Part shown: in pieces, positions 1 to 8,933 of the stretch
Position numbering within the stretch: the first letter of the stretch is position 1
How the letters are laid out: each line of letters begins with the position of its first letter
Source of the DNA: Candidatus Bathyarchaeota archaeon
Lineage (GTDB): Archaea; Thermoproteota; Bathyarchaeia; Bathyarchaeales; Bathycorpusculaceae
DNA length: 64,000 bases
Assembly: GCA_963775685.1 (NCBI GenBank)
Contig: CAVZJV010000014.1
Location: 1,056,001 to 1,120,000 of the forward strand
Direction of reading: 5' to 3'
Notes under the pieces: model-generated
The model's input: the letters and a program-made list of their open reading frames with translations, nothing else
Databases searched by the model: none
Told to the model about the DNA's origin: nothing
Translations under genes and position numbers: made by a program

Positions 1-134
1 TCTTAACCGGAAAAGCCGCTGGCATCAAAACAATTGGCGTGACCACAGGAGTAGCAACGATTCAACAACTAAAAGAAGCCAAACCAGACGGCATCATACC
101 CGACCTGAGAAAGCTCTTAATTTATGTCAACTAA
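1..134 (+). CDS. HAD-family hydrolase/phosphatase, C-terminal end (partial, begins before window)
   Basis: Frame from nt 3 reads LTGKAAGIKTIGVTTGVATIQQLKEAKPDGIIPDL...*, the typical C-terminus of HAD phosphoglycolate-phosphatase-like proteins. Confidence 0.75.
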   Translation, partial: LTGKAAGIKTIGVTTGVATIQQLKEAKPDGIIPDLRKLLIYVN

Positions 135-319
135 AAAAAGGAACGGAACTTCGACCACATTCAAACTATACATGAGAGCGGGTAGATGACAAGCATCTAA
201 GACTAATTTTGCAATAAGACTTTATTCTTTGATTGTTGAAGGAAAACGTCAATAAATTATTGGCAAACTTTGGTGATGGTTTTTTAGTTTTAGAAGTTAA
301 TGTTCTATGCTTTGAGTGG

Positions 320-850
320 TTATATTTTGACATGATTTTTCTCTATTTCGATGATTAATCGAGCAAGTAGAGTTGGTTCTAGGCGAAAGCCTTTAGTTAC
401 CATGGTTAGCACCGTTTCTTTGGCTTGCGTTTCACTGATAAGGCCTTTTCTTAGGGCTGATATGATCACATAGATTGTTCCCTTTACTTTTAGCCCCCAA
501 GCCTCTGCGAATGCGCGTCCAGCTGATTCGTCCATCAGTAGCAATAATTTCATTTCGTGCGCCAAGACTATTGCTTGAGCTTCTCCTTGGTGGATTTCAT
601 TGGCGTTCTCAGAGATCTTTTGGAGTATACTTTGGTCTTTGGAGGTTAGTTTGGAGGGCTTTATCCAGCCTTCATTTATGCATTCTTTTATGGTCTGGGC
701 GTCGGTGAATCCGCCTTGTAATCCTTTTTCTACGGCTTCTGTATACACTTCTTGAGGTATAATTACTTCCGCAAAGAGATCTTTTAGGAGGGTTATTTTA
801 CCCACTTTTGCAAGCCATATGAGGGGGCTGGTGTCTGAGATTATGGGCAA
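320..850 (-). CDS. PIN-domain protein, DUF3368-type (VapC-like toxin)
   Basis: IISDTSPLI, GEAQAIVLA, LLLMDE..GR..A motifs; directly downstream of a UPF0175 gene. Confidence 0.85.
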   Translation of the reverse strand: MPIISDTSPLIWLAKVGKITLLKDLFAEVIIPQEVYTEAVEKGLQGGFTDAQTIKECINEGWIKPSKLTSKDQSILQKISENANEIHQGEAQAIVLAHEMKLLLLMDESAGRAFAEAWGLKVKGTIYVIISALRKGLISETQAKETVLTMVTKGFRLEPTLLARLIIEIEKNHVKI

Positions 851-862
851 GGTCTTTTCCTT

Positions 863-1180
863 TTAGGGTTTGAGGTCTTCTTCGAGGTCTTGTTGGGAAT
901 ATTGTAGGAGGATGCCTTTTTCAGTTAAGAGTTTATAGAAGTTCCACAGCGAGATGTTTGCTAGCTGGGCTGCTTTCCAGCCTGTTATGCGCCCTTTTTG
1001 GTATAGCTCTATTGCGTACTCTATGTTTTTTTCTTCGATGCCTTCTTCTAAGATTTCGCGTATCAGGGTTGATCGGTCTTTTTCTTCTTTTTTAGCTATT
1101 TCGCGAAGTTTTTTTGCTGTTTCTTTGGATAGTCTTAGACATATTGTTTCAGACTCGGACATTACTTCCACGCAATACAA
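863..1180 (-). CDS. UPF0175-family antitoxin (RHH N-terminus); start probably ATG at 1162
   Basis: RHH-like ICLRLS...DRSTLIREIL plus AIELYQKGRITGWKAAQLANISLWNF. Confidence 0.85.
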   Translation of the reverse strand: MYCVEVMSESETICLRLSKETAKKLREIAKKEEKDRSTLIREILEEGIEEKNIEYAIELYQKGRITGWKAAQLANISLWNFYKLLTEKGILLQYSQQDLEEDLKP

Positions 1181-1639
1181 AATATATCAAATGTAATTAT
1201 ATATGTATTGCACCGTTTTTAGCTTACATAAGAGTGCAACAACCCATTGATTACGTCGAAGTCATGTTTAGGTGCTCGCCAACTCATGTGCCTTGAGAAT
1301 GATGACGGCGCAACCAAAGTTTTGCGACGTTAATTTTGATAAGAATTAGTGTTTGATTGCTGTTGCAACCGGTCTACAGAAAGCAGTTACAGCAGCAACA
1401 ACAACTTCTCTGGCTTTTCTGGCCAAAACTAATCAAACCCTCGAAAGCTAAATGGGTAAGTTTTGGTAGATGCACAGTCGATGTGCAAACTCGTTTGCAG
1501 CAGCCCATCGGTGGCAGCAATTTCTCTTCAAAATCGTGCACTTGAGCTTTTTTAATGAATATTCCTTCGCTGGAAAAGAAAAGGGATCCCTAACCTTTAT
1601 GTGGGGAGAGAAAATATTGAAGCTTTTTCTGAATTTTTG

Positions 1640-3142
1640 TTATGGAGTTCCATATACTGAGCGATCTGATCTTTTGACAGAAGAATTTTCTGATTTTGCA
1701 TCTGAATAGTTTATGTATACTGTTTTTAGCTCGGTAAATTCACTTGTGCCTTCGGGTCCGCTTTCCCGGTTATATCCCGAAGATTTAACTCCTCCAAAGG
1801 GCAGATGCACCTCACTTCCAACGGTTGGATGGTTAACGTAAGTCTGCCCAGATTGCAATTTCTTAATCGCAGTAAAAGCACTTGAAATATTACTAGTGTA
1901 AATCGCAGAGCTCAGACCATAATCGACAGAATTTGCAATTTCTATGGCGTCGTCCAAGTTTTTCGCTGAGATAAATGATACAACGGGTCCAAAAATCTCT
2001 TCTTGACAAATTCTCATTTGTGGTGTGCAGTTTGTGAACAGTGTAGGTTCAAAAAACCAACCTTTAAGCCCGCATGGAACTTTTCCTCCAATAAGTAGTT
2101 TTGCACCTTCATCTAGACCTATTTGACAGTATTGTTTTGTTTTCTCTTGCGCTTTTTTGTTAACTAAAGGACCAATATCTGTTTCTTTTTCCAGCCCATT
2201 TCCTATTTTAAGCCTCTTAATTTGCTCCATCACCATTTTTTCTAGTTTTCCCTTAATTTTGTGATGGACAATTACTCTTGAAGAAGCAGTGCATCTTTGT
2301 CCAGTCGTTGAATATCCACCCCAGATAACGGCATCGACGGCTAGATTGAGGTCTGCATCATCCATGACAATTAGAGGGTTTTTGCCGCCCAGCTCTAAAC
2401 TAACCCGTTTGACACCTGCTTCATGCATGATTTTGGCACCAGTGTCTTTATGCCCGCAAAAAGAGACCATTCGAACCCTCTTGTCCGTAATAAAAGTGTT
2501 CCCAACGACATCCCCCGGTCCCGTAACAAGATTAATAACACCTCTTGGAATTCCGGCTTTCTCAAGAATTTTAATTAACTCATATGCACATGAGGGGGCT
2601 TCCGAAGATGGTTTAAAGACAACTGTATTTCCGCAAACTAGGGAATAGAATATTTTGCGAGCCGGAATCATTATTGGAAAGTTCCAGGGCGTAATTAGAG
2701 CTACGACACCTATGGGTAGTCTTAAAGTGAAGGCAAATTTGTCAGGTTTTTCAGAAGTTGTTGTGTGGCCGAGGAGTCTACAGCCTTCCCCTGCCGCATA
2801 ATAGGCAACGTCGATGGCTTGTTGAATGTCTGCTCTTGAATCTGTGAGGATTTTTCCCATCTCACGAGTCATCGTTTGGGATAGCTCTTCTTTTTGTGAC
2901 TGTAGAAGCTCCCCTGCTTTGATAAGGTAACGTGCTCTTTCTGGTGGAGGTGTTGCTGCCCAAGATTCAAAGGCGTCGTCTGCCGCATCGATAGCACTCT
3001 TTGCGTCCAAGACAGCACCTCTTTGGAAAGGTCCCAAAACTTCGTGTGGATCAGCAGGGTTAACTCTGGTATATGTTTCGCCAGATTTTGAGTCTTCCCA
3101 TCTGCCATCGATAAAAAATCTGTATTTCAAAGAGCTGCCCAA
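1640..3142 (-). CDS. NAD(P)-dependent aldehyde dehydrogenase
   Basis: ITPWNFP, LELGGKNP, catalytic GQRCTA, EEIFGP and PFGGVK motifs. Confidence 0.95.
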   Translation of the reverse strand: MGSSLKYRFFIDGRWEDSKSGETYTRVNPADPHEVLGPFQRGAVLDAKSAIDAADDAFESWAATPPPERARYLIKAGELLQSQKEELSQTMTREMGKILTDSRADIQQAIDVAYYAAGEGCRLLGHTTTSEKPDKFAFTLRLPIGVVALITPWNFPIMIPARKIFYSLVCGNTVVFKPSSEAPSCAYELIKILEKAGIPRGVINLVTGPGDVVGNTFITDKRVRMVSFCGHKDTGAKIMHEAGVKRVSLELGGKNPLIVMDDADLNLAVDAVIWGGYSTTGQRCTASSRVIVHHKIKGKLEKMVMEQIKRLKIGNGLEKETDIGPLVNKKAQEKTKQYCQIGLDEGAKLLIGGKVPCGLKGWFFEPTLFTNCTPQMRICQEEIFGPVVSFISAKNLDDAIEIANSVDYGLSSAIYTSNISSAFTAIKKLQSGQTYVNHPTVGSEVHLPFGGVKSSGYNRESGPEGTSEFTELKTVYINYSDAKSENSSVKRSDRSVYGTP

Positions 3143-3319
3143 TGGAAACTATTAATCGTGTAACTACTTTTGTTTTTTGGTAAAATAAGAGTTGAGATTT
3201 TTGTTAATTTTAAACGTCTGCTTAGGTAATAAAGAATAGAAAACTCAGTTGTGCTGTAAACCCAATTTGCGGCACTGACTCTTGTTATGTCTAAGATTAT
3301 TGTAGGTGTATGATTGTAC

Positions 3320-3976
3320 TTACTCGAAGAGTTCGCCATAAACGCTTTTTAGCTTCTTGTATGTTTGGGCGCATTCAATGGAATCGAAAATGTATTTTTT
3401 GCCGTTAAGTGTTTCGACGTGTGGTTCTCCCATTATTGATTTTGAGCAGGTATAGCATTTTAGTTCAAAATTGTTACTTGGATTTATCTTCTCAACGTTT
3501 GGTTTGCTTTCGTTTATTGCAGTAGTTGATGGCTTTGTGGTTTGTTTTGGTTCTATTTTCTTAAGCAAGATCCTGTGGGCTAATCGTAGCAGTTCTTCTT
3601 TATTTTCGAAAGATACTTGCTGCTGCTTTCCTAAGTCAATTTTTTCTGTCCCTAAATCCACTATTATTTTTCTTCCTAAGTCACGTTGCCTAAAATATAT
3701 GAATTGTTTGCCTGCATGTCTGGCTAAACTTAGTTCTTTTCTAATCTCACCTGACAAATCGAACCCTGGTGTAATTAAAAGAATGAATACTTCGCTTTCC
3801 TGAATTGCCCTGTCCCTGACGTTTTCCCATTCTTCTTTGAAGCCTATTTTTTGCGGTATATCGTCGGTGTCAAAGAAGGCATGTAAACCCATTTCTTCTA
3901 ATCCATTTTTTAGATGTTTAGCAAAATCCAAACCGGAACTTTTTTTGTGGCAGATGAAGACGTCAAAAGGTTTCAA
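3320..3976 (-). CDS. TIR-domain protein with C-terminal TRASH/YHS-like metal-binding domain
   Basis: FDVFICH...LHAFFD...AIQESEVFILLITP...RKELSLA (TIR, putative catalytic Glu present); C-terminal CYTC...KKYIFDSIEC. Confidence 0.75.
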   Translation of the reverse strand: MKPFDVFICHKKSSGLDFAKHLKNGLEEMGLHAFFDTDDIPQKIGFKEEWENVRDRAIQESEVFILLITPGFDLSGEIRKELSLARHAGKQFIYFRQRDLGRKIIVDLGTEKIDLGKQQQVSFENKEELLRLAHRILLKKIEPKQTTKPSTTAINESKPNVEKINPSNNFELKCYTCSKSIMGEPHVETLNGKKYIFDSIECAQTYKKLKSVYGELFE

Positions 3977-4044
3977 GTTTTTGGCCCAATGATTTAATTG
4001 GGTGTTTTCGAATTTAACGGTATTGCTGGCGTTTTGTTATTGTG

Positions 4045-4893
4045 TTATTTTTGGCTTAAGGCTTCGATGTTTTCGGCGACTGTATTTAGGTGGGTTGCGA
4101 AAGGATGCTGGGGCTGTTTGATTGAAAAGAGAAATTCGTGTCGGTTGAATTGGATATCACAGTAGCATGGAATCGATCCGATAACTTGGGCTCCGACTAC
4201 TCTTTCAAGTTCGGATATCCAAGTTTTCTCGTCTGAAAGTGATTTTTCAAAGTATGAAGCGCCGGGAACCTTATTTAGAATGATATAGTATTTAGAGCCG
4301 AATCTTGTCAGGGAATCATAGATGTCGTTTATCATTTTTCTGGTCCCCTCAATATCCATGTCGCTGTCTTTTAGCAGCAAATACATAAAATCAGCAGTTG
4401 CCAACGTGTTTATAGACCAATACCTAACGCCAGGGCTTGTATCCAAAAATAAAAAATCTAATTGATGTTTCTCGAATAGTTCTTTTTTGGCCGCTAAAAA
4501 TCTTCTCAAAGCGGCAAGTTGCCATTTGCTGTCATGTCTAAGTTCGATTTCGTTAATATCTTCTTTTCTGGTGCTGGAAAATCCGACGAGAAATTTGCCC
4601 TTTACGCCCAGCTCTTCGGTTAAGTCGAATAGGATATCGTCGATTTCAGCTTGACCGGCGAGAAGATCGTTTAGATAAGAACTGGGTTTTTTTCTGAAGT
4701 AAGTAGAAAGAGATGCTGCGAATAAATCAAAATCTATCAAACCAACATTGTATCCCTTTGAGGCAAAGTTTGCAGCTACGTTCGTTATCAATGTTGTTTT
4801 TCCAGTTCCGCCTTTATATGAGTGAAAAGCAATAGTTTTTTTGCAAGGCAATTTTGTCCCTGATATTGCTACTCGGGTTGTACCTAATAACAT
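4045..4893 (-). CDS. MinD/ParA-family ATPase
   Basis: Deviant Walker A KGGTGKTT, LIDFD, FLDTSPG, ILNKV. Confidence 0.9.
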   Translation of the reverse strand: MLLGTTRVAISGTKLPCKKTIAFHSYKGGTGKTTLITNVAANFASKGYNVGLIDFDLFAASLSTYFRKKPSSYLNDLLAGQAEIDDILFDLTEELGVKGKFLVGFSSTRKEDINEIELRHDSKWQLAALRRFLAAKKELFEKHQLDFLFLDTSPGVRYWSINTLATADFMYLLLKDSDMDIEGTRKMINDIYDSLTRFGSKYYIILNKVPGASYFEKSLSDEKTWISELERVVGAQVIGSIPCYCDIQFNRHEFLFSIKQPQHPFATHLNTVAENIEALSQK

Positions 4894-4967
4894 TATTCTA
4901 AACCATCAAAAAGAAAGAACCGTTGTTCACTTTTGAAGCCCATTTTTTGGCATTTGAATTATCTTTG

Positions 4968-6230
4968 CTAGGTGGTCTGTTCTTTTGATTCTTTGATTAG
5001 TTTGCCGACTTTGTTAAGGTGTTCTTTTATTTTTCTCGCATTAATTTTGCTTGAAGGTAGAGTTTCATTTGCGCGAAGTACCGGAATAATTGATAGGAAA
5101 ATAATTGCGCTTAGTATGGGTGATAGCAGCCCCGTTGAAATTCCTTGTATTTCTAGAAAATTTAGTATTGAGCTTGAACTCGTGAATATTGTCAAAGGAA
5201 CGATGGTTCCAAGGGCGTAGAATTTTTCTTTAGAAAGCGTAGATGAAACATCACCTGGAACAGTTAAATAAATAGCAAAAAGGAATCCCCAAGCGATTCC
5301 GTAGACGGAGTAATAAATCAGTATGGTTTGGGGTATTTGCGCAAAGCCAAGTAAAGCAAAGCTGATTCCTATCAAAACAAGTGCGATCACGATTGGTTGT
5401 TTGCGGCCAAATCGGTCTGCAAGTAATCCTGCGATTACGCCTGAAAACGCCGTGAAAACGTAACCTATCTCAACTCCAAGGTTTCGAGCTGTTTCAATAT
5501 CTGGACTTTTTGATAGACTTGCGCTTGACCAATCCAAAAGGCCAGCTGCTAGGTTAAACAATATCCATGGAAAGAGGTACAAGGCGAAATTGTTGTTCTT
5601 TATGACTGATCTCCAAGAATCTATTTTTGGGAGTTTTCTTTCACATTTGTCAAAGATCAATGGAATGAATCCTGAACATCTTAAGAGCACACAAAATGCT
5701 ACAATTCCGATGATCCCGGTACCTAAAAGGGGAATTATTGCAATACCCATGAAAGTCAAGATGAAAGTTATTAGGATGATCAATCCTGAGACGCGTCCCC
5801 TTTCTTCGCTCTCGGTAGAGTCGGCGAGGAAAGCTGCGATGCTGGGAAAACCAAATCCAACTGAAAATCCTAAGAGGCCGCTCAGTATCAAGGAGAATAT
5901 AACTCCCTGAAAGACCAGAATTGATAACGAAGCAGAAACCCCCATAATTGTCCATAGACTAAGTAGATTCCTGCGGCCCATCTTTTTGCTTACCGAGCTT
6001 CCTATTAAAGCCGAAAAAGCACCAAGTCCATAGAATAGCATTAGGTCAACATCAGCCCAAAAGCTACTTACCGCAAGACTATCAAATATTTGAAAAAAAT
6101 AAATATTAATAAGAAAAAACCATGCCAGAGAACTGGAAATAAGCAATGTTATTAAAATGAACTTTTTTAATGTGATTTTTAAGTCATCAGTGAAAAGAGA
6201 GCTGAATCTATCACTCATTATCGAGCCCAA
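4968..6230 (-). CDS. MFS transporter
   Basis: About 12 hydrophobic segments; motif A (GLLADRFGRK) and EERGRVSG. Confidence 0.9.
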   Translation of the reverse strand: MGSIMSDRFSSLFTDDLKITLKKFILITLLISSSLAWFFLINIYFFQIFDSLAVSSFWADVDLMLFYGLGAFSALIGSSVSKKMGRRNLLSLWTIMGVSASLSILVFQGVIFSLILSGLLGFSVGFGFPSIAAFLADSTESEERGRVSGLIILITFILTFMGIAIIPLLGTGIIGIVAFCVLLRCSGFIPLIFDKCERKLPKIDSWRSVIKNNNFALYLFPWILFNLAAGLLDWSSASLSKSPDIETARNLGVEIGYVFTAFSGVIAGLLADRFGRKQPIVIALVLIGISFALLGFAQIPQTILIYYSVYGIAWGFLFAIYLTVPGDVSSTLSKEKFYALGTIVPLTIFTSSSSILNFLEIQGISTGLLSPILSAIIFLSIIPVLRANETLPSSKINARKIKEHLNKVGKLIKESKEQTT

Positions 6231-6291
6231 TAAGTTTTAAATGCAATCAGATGATATTATATTTTTGCCTATTGAGGAGGTGGAAATTTTT

Positions 6292-6558
6292 ATGGGAGAA
6301 CATGTAAAAAATGACGAAGAAGAACAAAAGCGTCTTCGGATGGAATATCTGGAGATAGCTTCTGTCGTGAATACCATTTTAGAGAGAAGATATTTCCCTG
6401 CTGTTATTGAAGCACTTAAAAATAAAAGCAATGAAAAATTTGAAAAAGTCTGCAACGACGCTCAGATACCCCCTCTTGCAAGACCCTTACTTTGGAAAAC
6501 ACTAAATGATGTCTATAAAGCAAGGAAAAATAATAACCCTTGGATGACTGGAGCCTAA
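6292..6558 (+). CDS. Small 88-aa protein; candidate peptide precursor with Trp near the C-terminus (...KARKNNNPWMTGA)
   Basis: Strong SD GAGGAGGTGG upstream of ATG 6292; stop codon 1 nt from the stop of the convergent prenyltransferase gene; function inferred from context only. Confidence 0.65.
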   Translation: MGEHVKNDEEEQKRLRMEYLEIASVVNTILERRYFPAVIEALKNKSNEKFEKVCNDAQIPPLARPLLWKTLNDVYKARKNNNPWMTGA

Positions 6559-6559
6559 A

Positions 6560-7592
6560 TTAGAAACGTAATGCATTGATTTCATCGTGGAATTTTTGGT
6601 TCAGACTTAAAAGCACATGCTTTGAAAAACTATGTCTAAGCACTTTCATGCAATTGGCCGTTGCATCCATATTTTTATTAAAAATATTATCCATATAGTT
6701 GTAGGCGTCGCTCTCAAAGTATATTTCCAAAATATTTCTAATTGTTGAGGGTGGGTAGTCGTTGGTCTTTAGAATTTCCTTAATTTTTAATCGTCTATTC
6801 TCTGAAGATTTAGCCGCAAAGAGTAAAGGCAAAGGAACACTTTCGTATTTTAGCCGATGAACTAAACTTCCTTCTATGTTTAGAGAGTCTTTCACTTCAT
6901 CCACTATCCTTGATGCGAAACCTATTCTTCGGCCAAACTCTGCAAGGGCTTGTACTTCCTCGTCCGATCCGTCACCGAGAATTGCTCCGATTCTTGTGCA
7001 AGCCTCAGTTTCAGCCATGGCTTTCCACAGAATTCCTATGTGATCTTGTAATTCAATGTTCAGTTTTTTCCGGCTGGAGTTTTCTATAAATTCAGCCTCG
7101 CACATTTCAGTGCATAGATCTCCGTAGATTTTTGTTATCTTCGCTATCTTTGCAGGATTCTTGCTACTTTCAATCATCTGGCTAATTTTGGACCAGCCTT
7201 TGATTATCAAAAGGTCTCCTACTAAGAGCGACTTGTTGAGTCCGTATTTTCCTAAAACAGTCATATTGAGATGCTTGTTTGCGGATTTGTCGATAATGTC
7301 GTCGTGAATTGAAATGCCTGTGGAAGCTAGGCGTGAACATTAGTCCCGCGTTGTCTGCGTCTTTACTGTTGCCTCCAACAGCCTCGCAGGCAAGTGAAGT
7401 CAAGGCTGGCCTGAATGAGTCTTTTCGTTTTTCTTTTATTGCTTGAAGAATCTCCAATAATTTTGAGTTGTGTATTCCTTTGATTATGTCTTGTTGAAAT
7501 TTTTTGTGTATTCTACTGCCTCTTTCTTCGATTATAGAATCTAACTCGCTGAGACTCAGAAAGGTTTTTTCAGTCATTTGTCGATTACTCAT
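6560..7592 (-). CDS. Divergent polyprenyl-synthetase-fold (class I isoprenoid) prenyltransferase, ComQ-like; +1 frameshift near 7331
   Basis: Removing one base joins ...AGLMFT to LASTGISIHDDIIDKSANKHLNMTVLGKYG. FARM DDIID is intact, second motif is DEVKD, RPALTSLACEAVGG is present. Confidence 0.8.
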
Positions 7593-7770
7593 ACTTCTCT
7601 TTTTGGTGATACCTTTAATAGTTTTTCATTATTGAAAAGAAGTTCTTTGTATAGTTTAGAATCTTTTAATTTGTTCATAAAATTTTTGACTCTGCAACAA
7701 TTGACTTTGCATTAGTTATCTTTCCGAAGAATCTAAATAGTAAATGCAACTATGAGATAGTGGTGTTATT

Positions 7771-8919
7771 TTGAAGATGAGCATTATAACTTCAGAAATA
7801 ACCGAGAGAATGACTTCTTCTGAATTGATTGATAAACTGAACCGTTTCATTCCGGATTTGAATCAGGTGGAAGCGTACTTAAAAGGAGATCCCGAGGAAT
7901 TAATTTCCAGTTTTTTTCCTCTTAAAAAGCATGGGTCGAAAATTAAACCCGCTGATTCAGTGATCGATAGCAAGAAGAAACAAAAGAAACTACTTTTGGA
8001 GGAGGGTCTTCGAGCGCTTCAAAAGATTCGGTTGAATAAAGACGTAAAGCTTGATCGGAAAGAAAGATTTGCATTGTGCTCAATTGTAGTAAACATCGGG
8101 CGACCTGCTTTACTAATTCAAAACGACCATTTCCCTCAAAAGAGTAAAGATGGTAAAAGCAGTGGGCTTCCGCCTAATTGGTGGATACTTGATGAATATC
8201 GAGGCGAAATAGAAAAGACCTGCAAAAGTGTTGGTCGAATAGAGCATTCTGACCCATATAGTGCAAAGGAACTTGAGGATCCTGATGCAGACGATGGGAC
8301 AGGTTTTCTTATTGCAGAGGATATTGTTATTACAAATAAGCATGTCATAGATGCTTTTGCTTTTCTGGGAGATAATAAGAAATGGAAAATAAGGGATTCC
8401 TATAATCCAAGAATAGATTTCGCTGAGGAATATGACTCAAAAGTTGAATGCGAATTTGCTGTCAAGAGTGTAATCGGGGTGCATGAAACCTTAGAAATTG
8501 CTCTTGTTAGAATAGAGACTAGGTCGTGCCAAGGTACAAGCTTACCTGAGCCTCTTGTTCTTGATTCTGAGTTGCCAGAGCCGACTGAAAATAGAAATGT
8601 CTACTTAGTAGGTTACCCATTTCAAGGTTACCCCGAGGACAATCCTAGAGATCTTGAGCTCATATTCAACGACATTTTGGGTTACAAACGTTTGCAACCT
8701 GGTGTGGTGAGAGGAAAAGAAGTGAAAAGTCGGTCGCTCTACCACGATTGCACAGCTATTGGGGGCAATTCGGGTTCATGTGTTGTTGATCTCGAAAGGA
8801 ACAAGGTTATTGGGCTTCATTATGGTGGCAAAATAACAAACGAATTCAATGAGGCAGTCAGTTTGTCGTTGCTGAAAAATGATTCCTTATTTTCGAAGGT
8901 TGGAATAAAATTTAGTTAA
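7771..8919 (+). CDS. Trypsin-like serine protease with N-terminal extension, no obvious signal peptide
   Basis: GTGFLI...ITNKHV (His), HDCTAIGGNSGSCV (Ser), VIGLHYGG. Confidence 0.85.
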   Translation: MKMSIITSEITERMTSSELIDKLNRFIPDLNQVEAYLKGDPEELISSFFPLKKHGSKIKPADSVIDSKKKQKKLLLEEGLRALQKIRLNKDVKLDRKERFALCSIVVNIGRPALLIQNDHFPQKSKDGKSSGLPPNWWILDEYRGEIEKTCKSVGRIEHSDPYSAKELEDPDADDGTGFLIAEDIVITNKHVIDAFAFLGDNKKWKIRDSYNPRIDFAEEYDSKVECEFAVKSVIGVHETLEIALVRIETRSCQGTSLPEPLVLDSELPEPTENRNVYLVGYPFQGYPEDNPRDLELIFNDILGYKRLQPGVVRGKEVKSRSLYHDCTAIGGNSGSCVVDLERNKVIGLHYGGKITNEFNEAVSLSLLKNDSLFSKVGIKFS

Positions 8920-8933
8920 AGATTTGGTTTACT

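Noticed and set aside
1357-1545. Poly-Gln ORF on the + strand
   Set aside because: Arises from a CAG/CAA-rich tract; no SD or domain signal, and equally plausible minus-strand frames exist
7182-7592. Two separate genes or a programmed frameshift in the prenyltransferase
   Set aside because: One extra base restores a continuous FARM-containing protein; no slippery sequence, and many similar indels occur in the window
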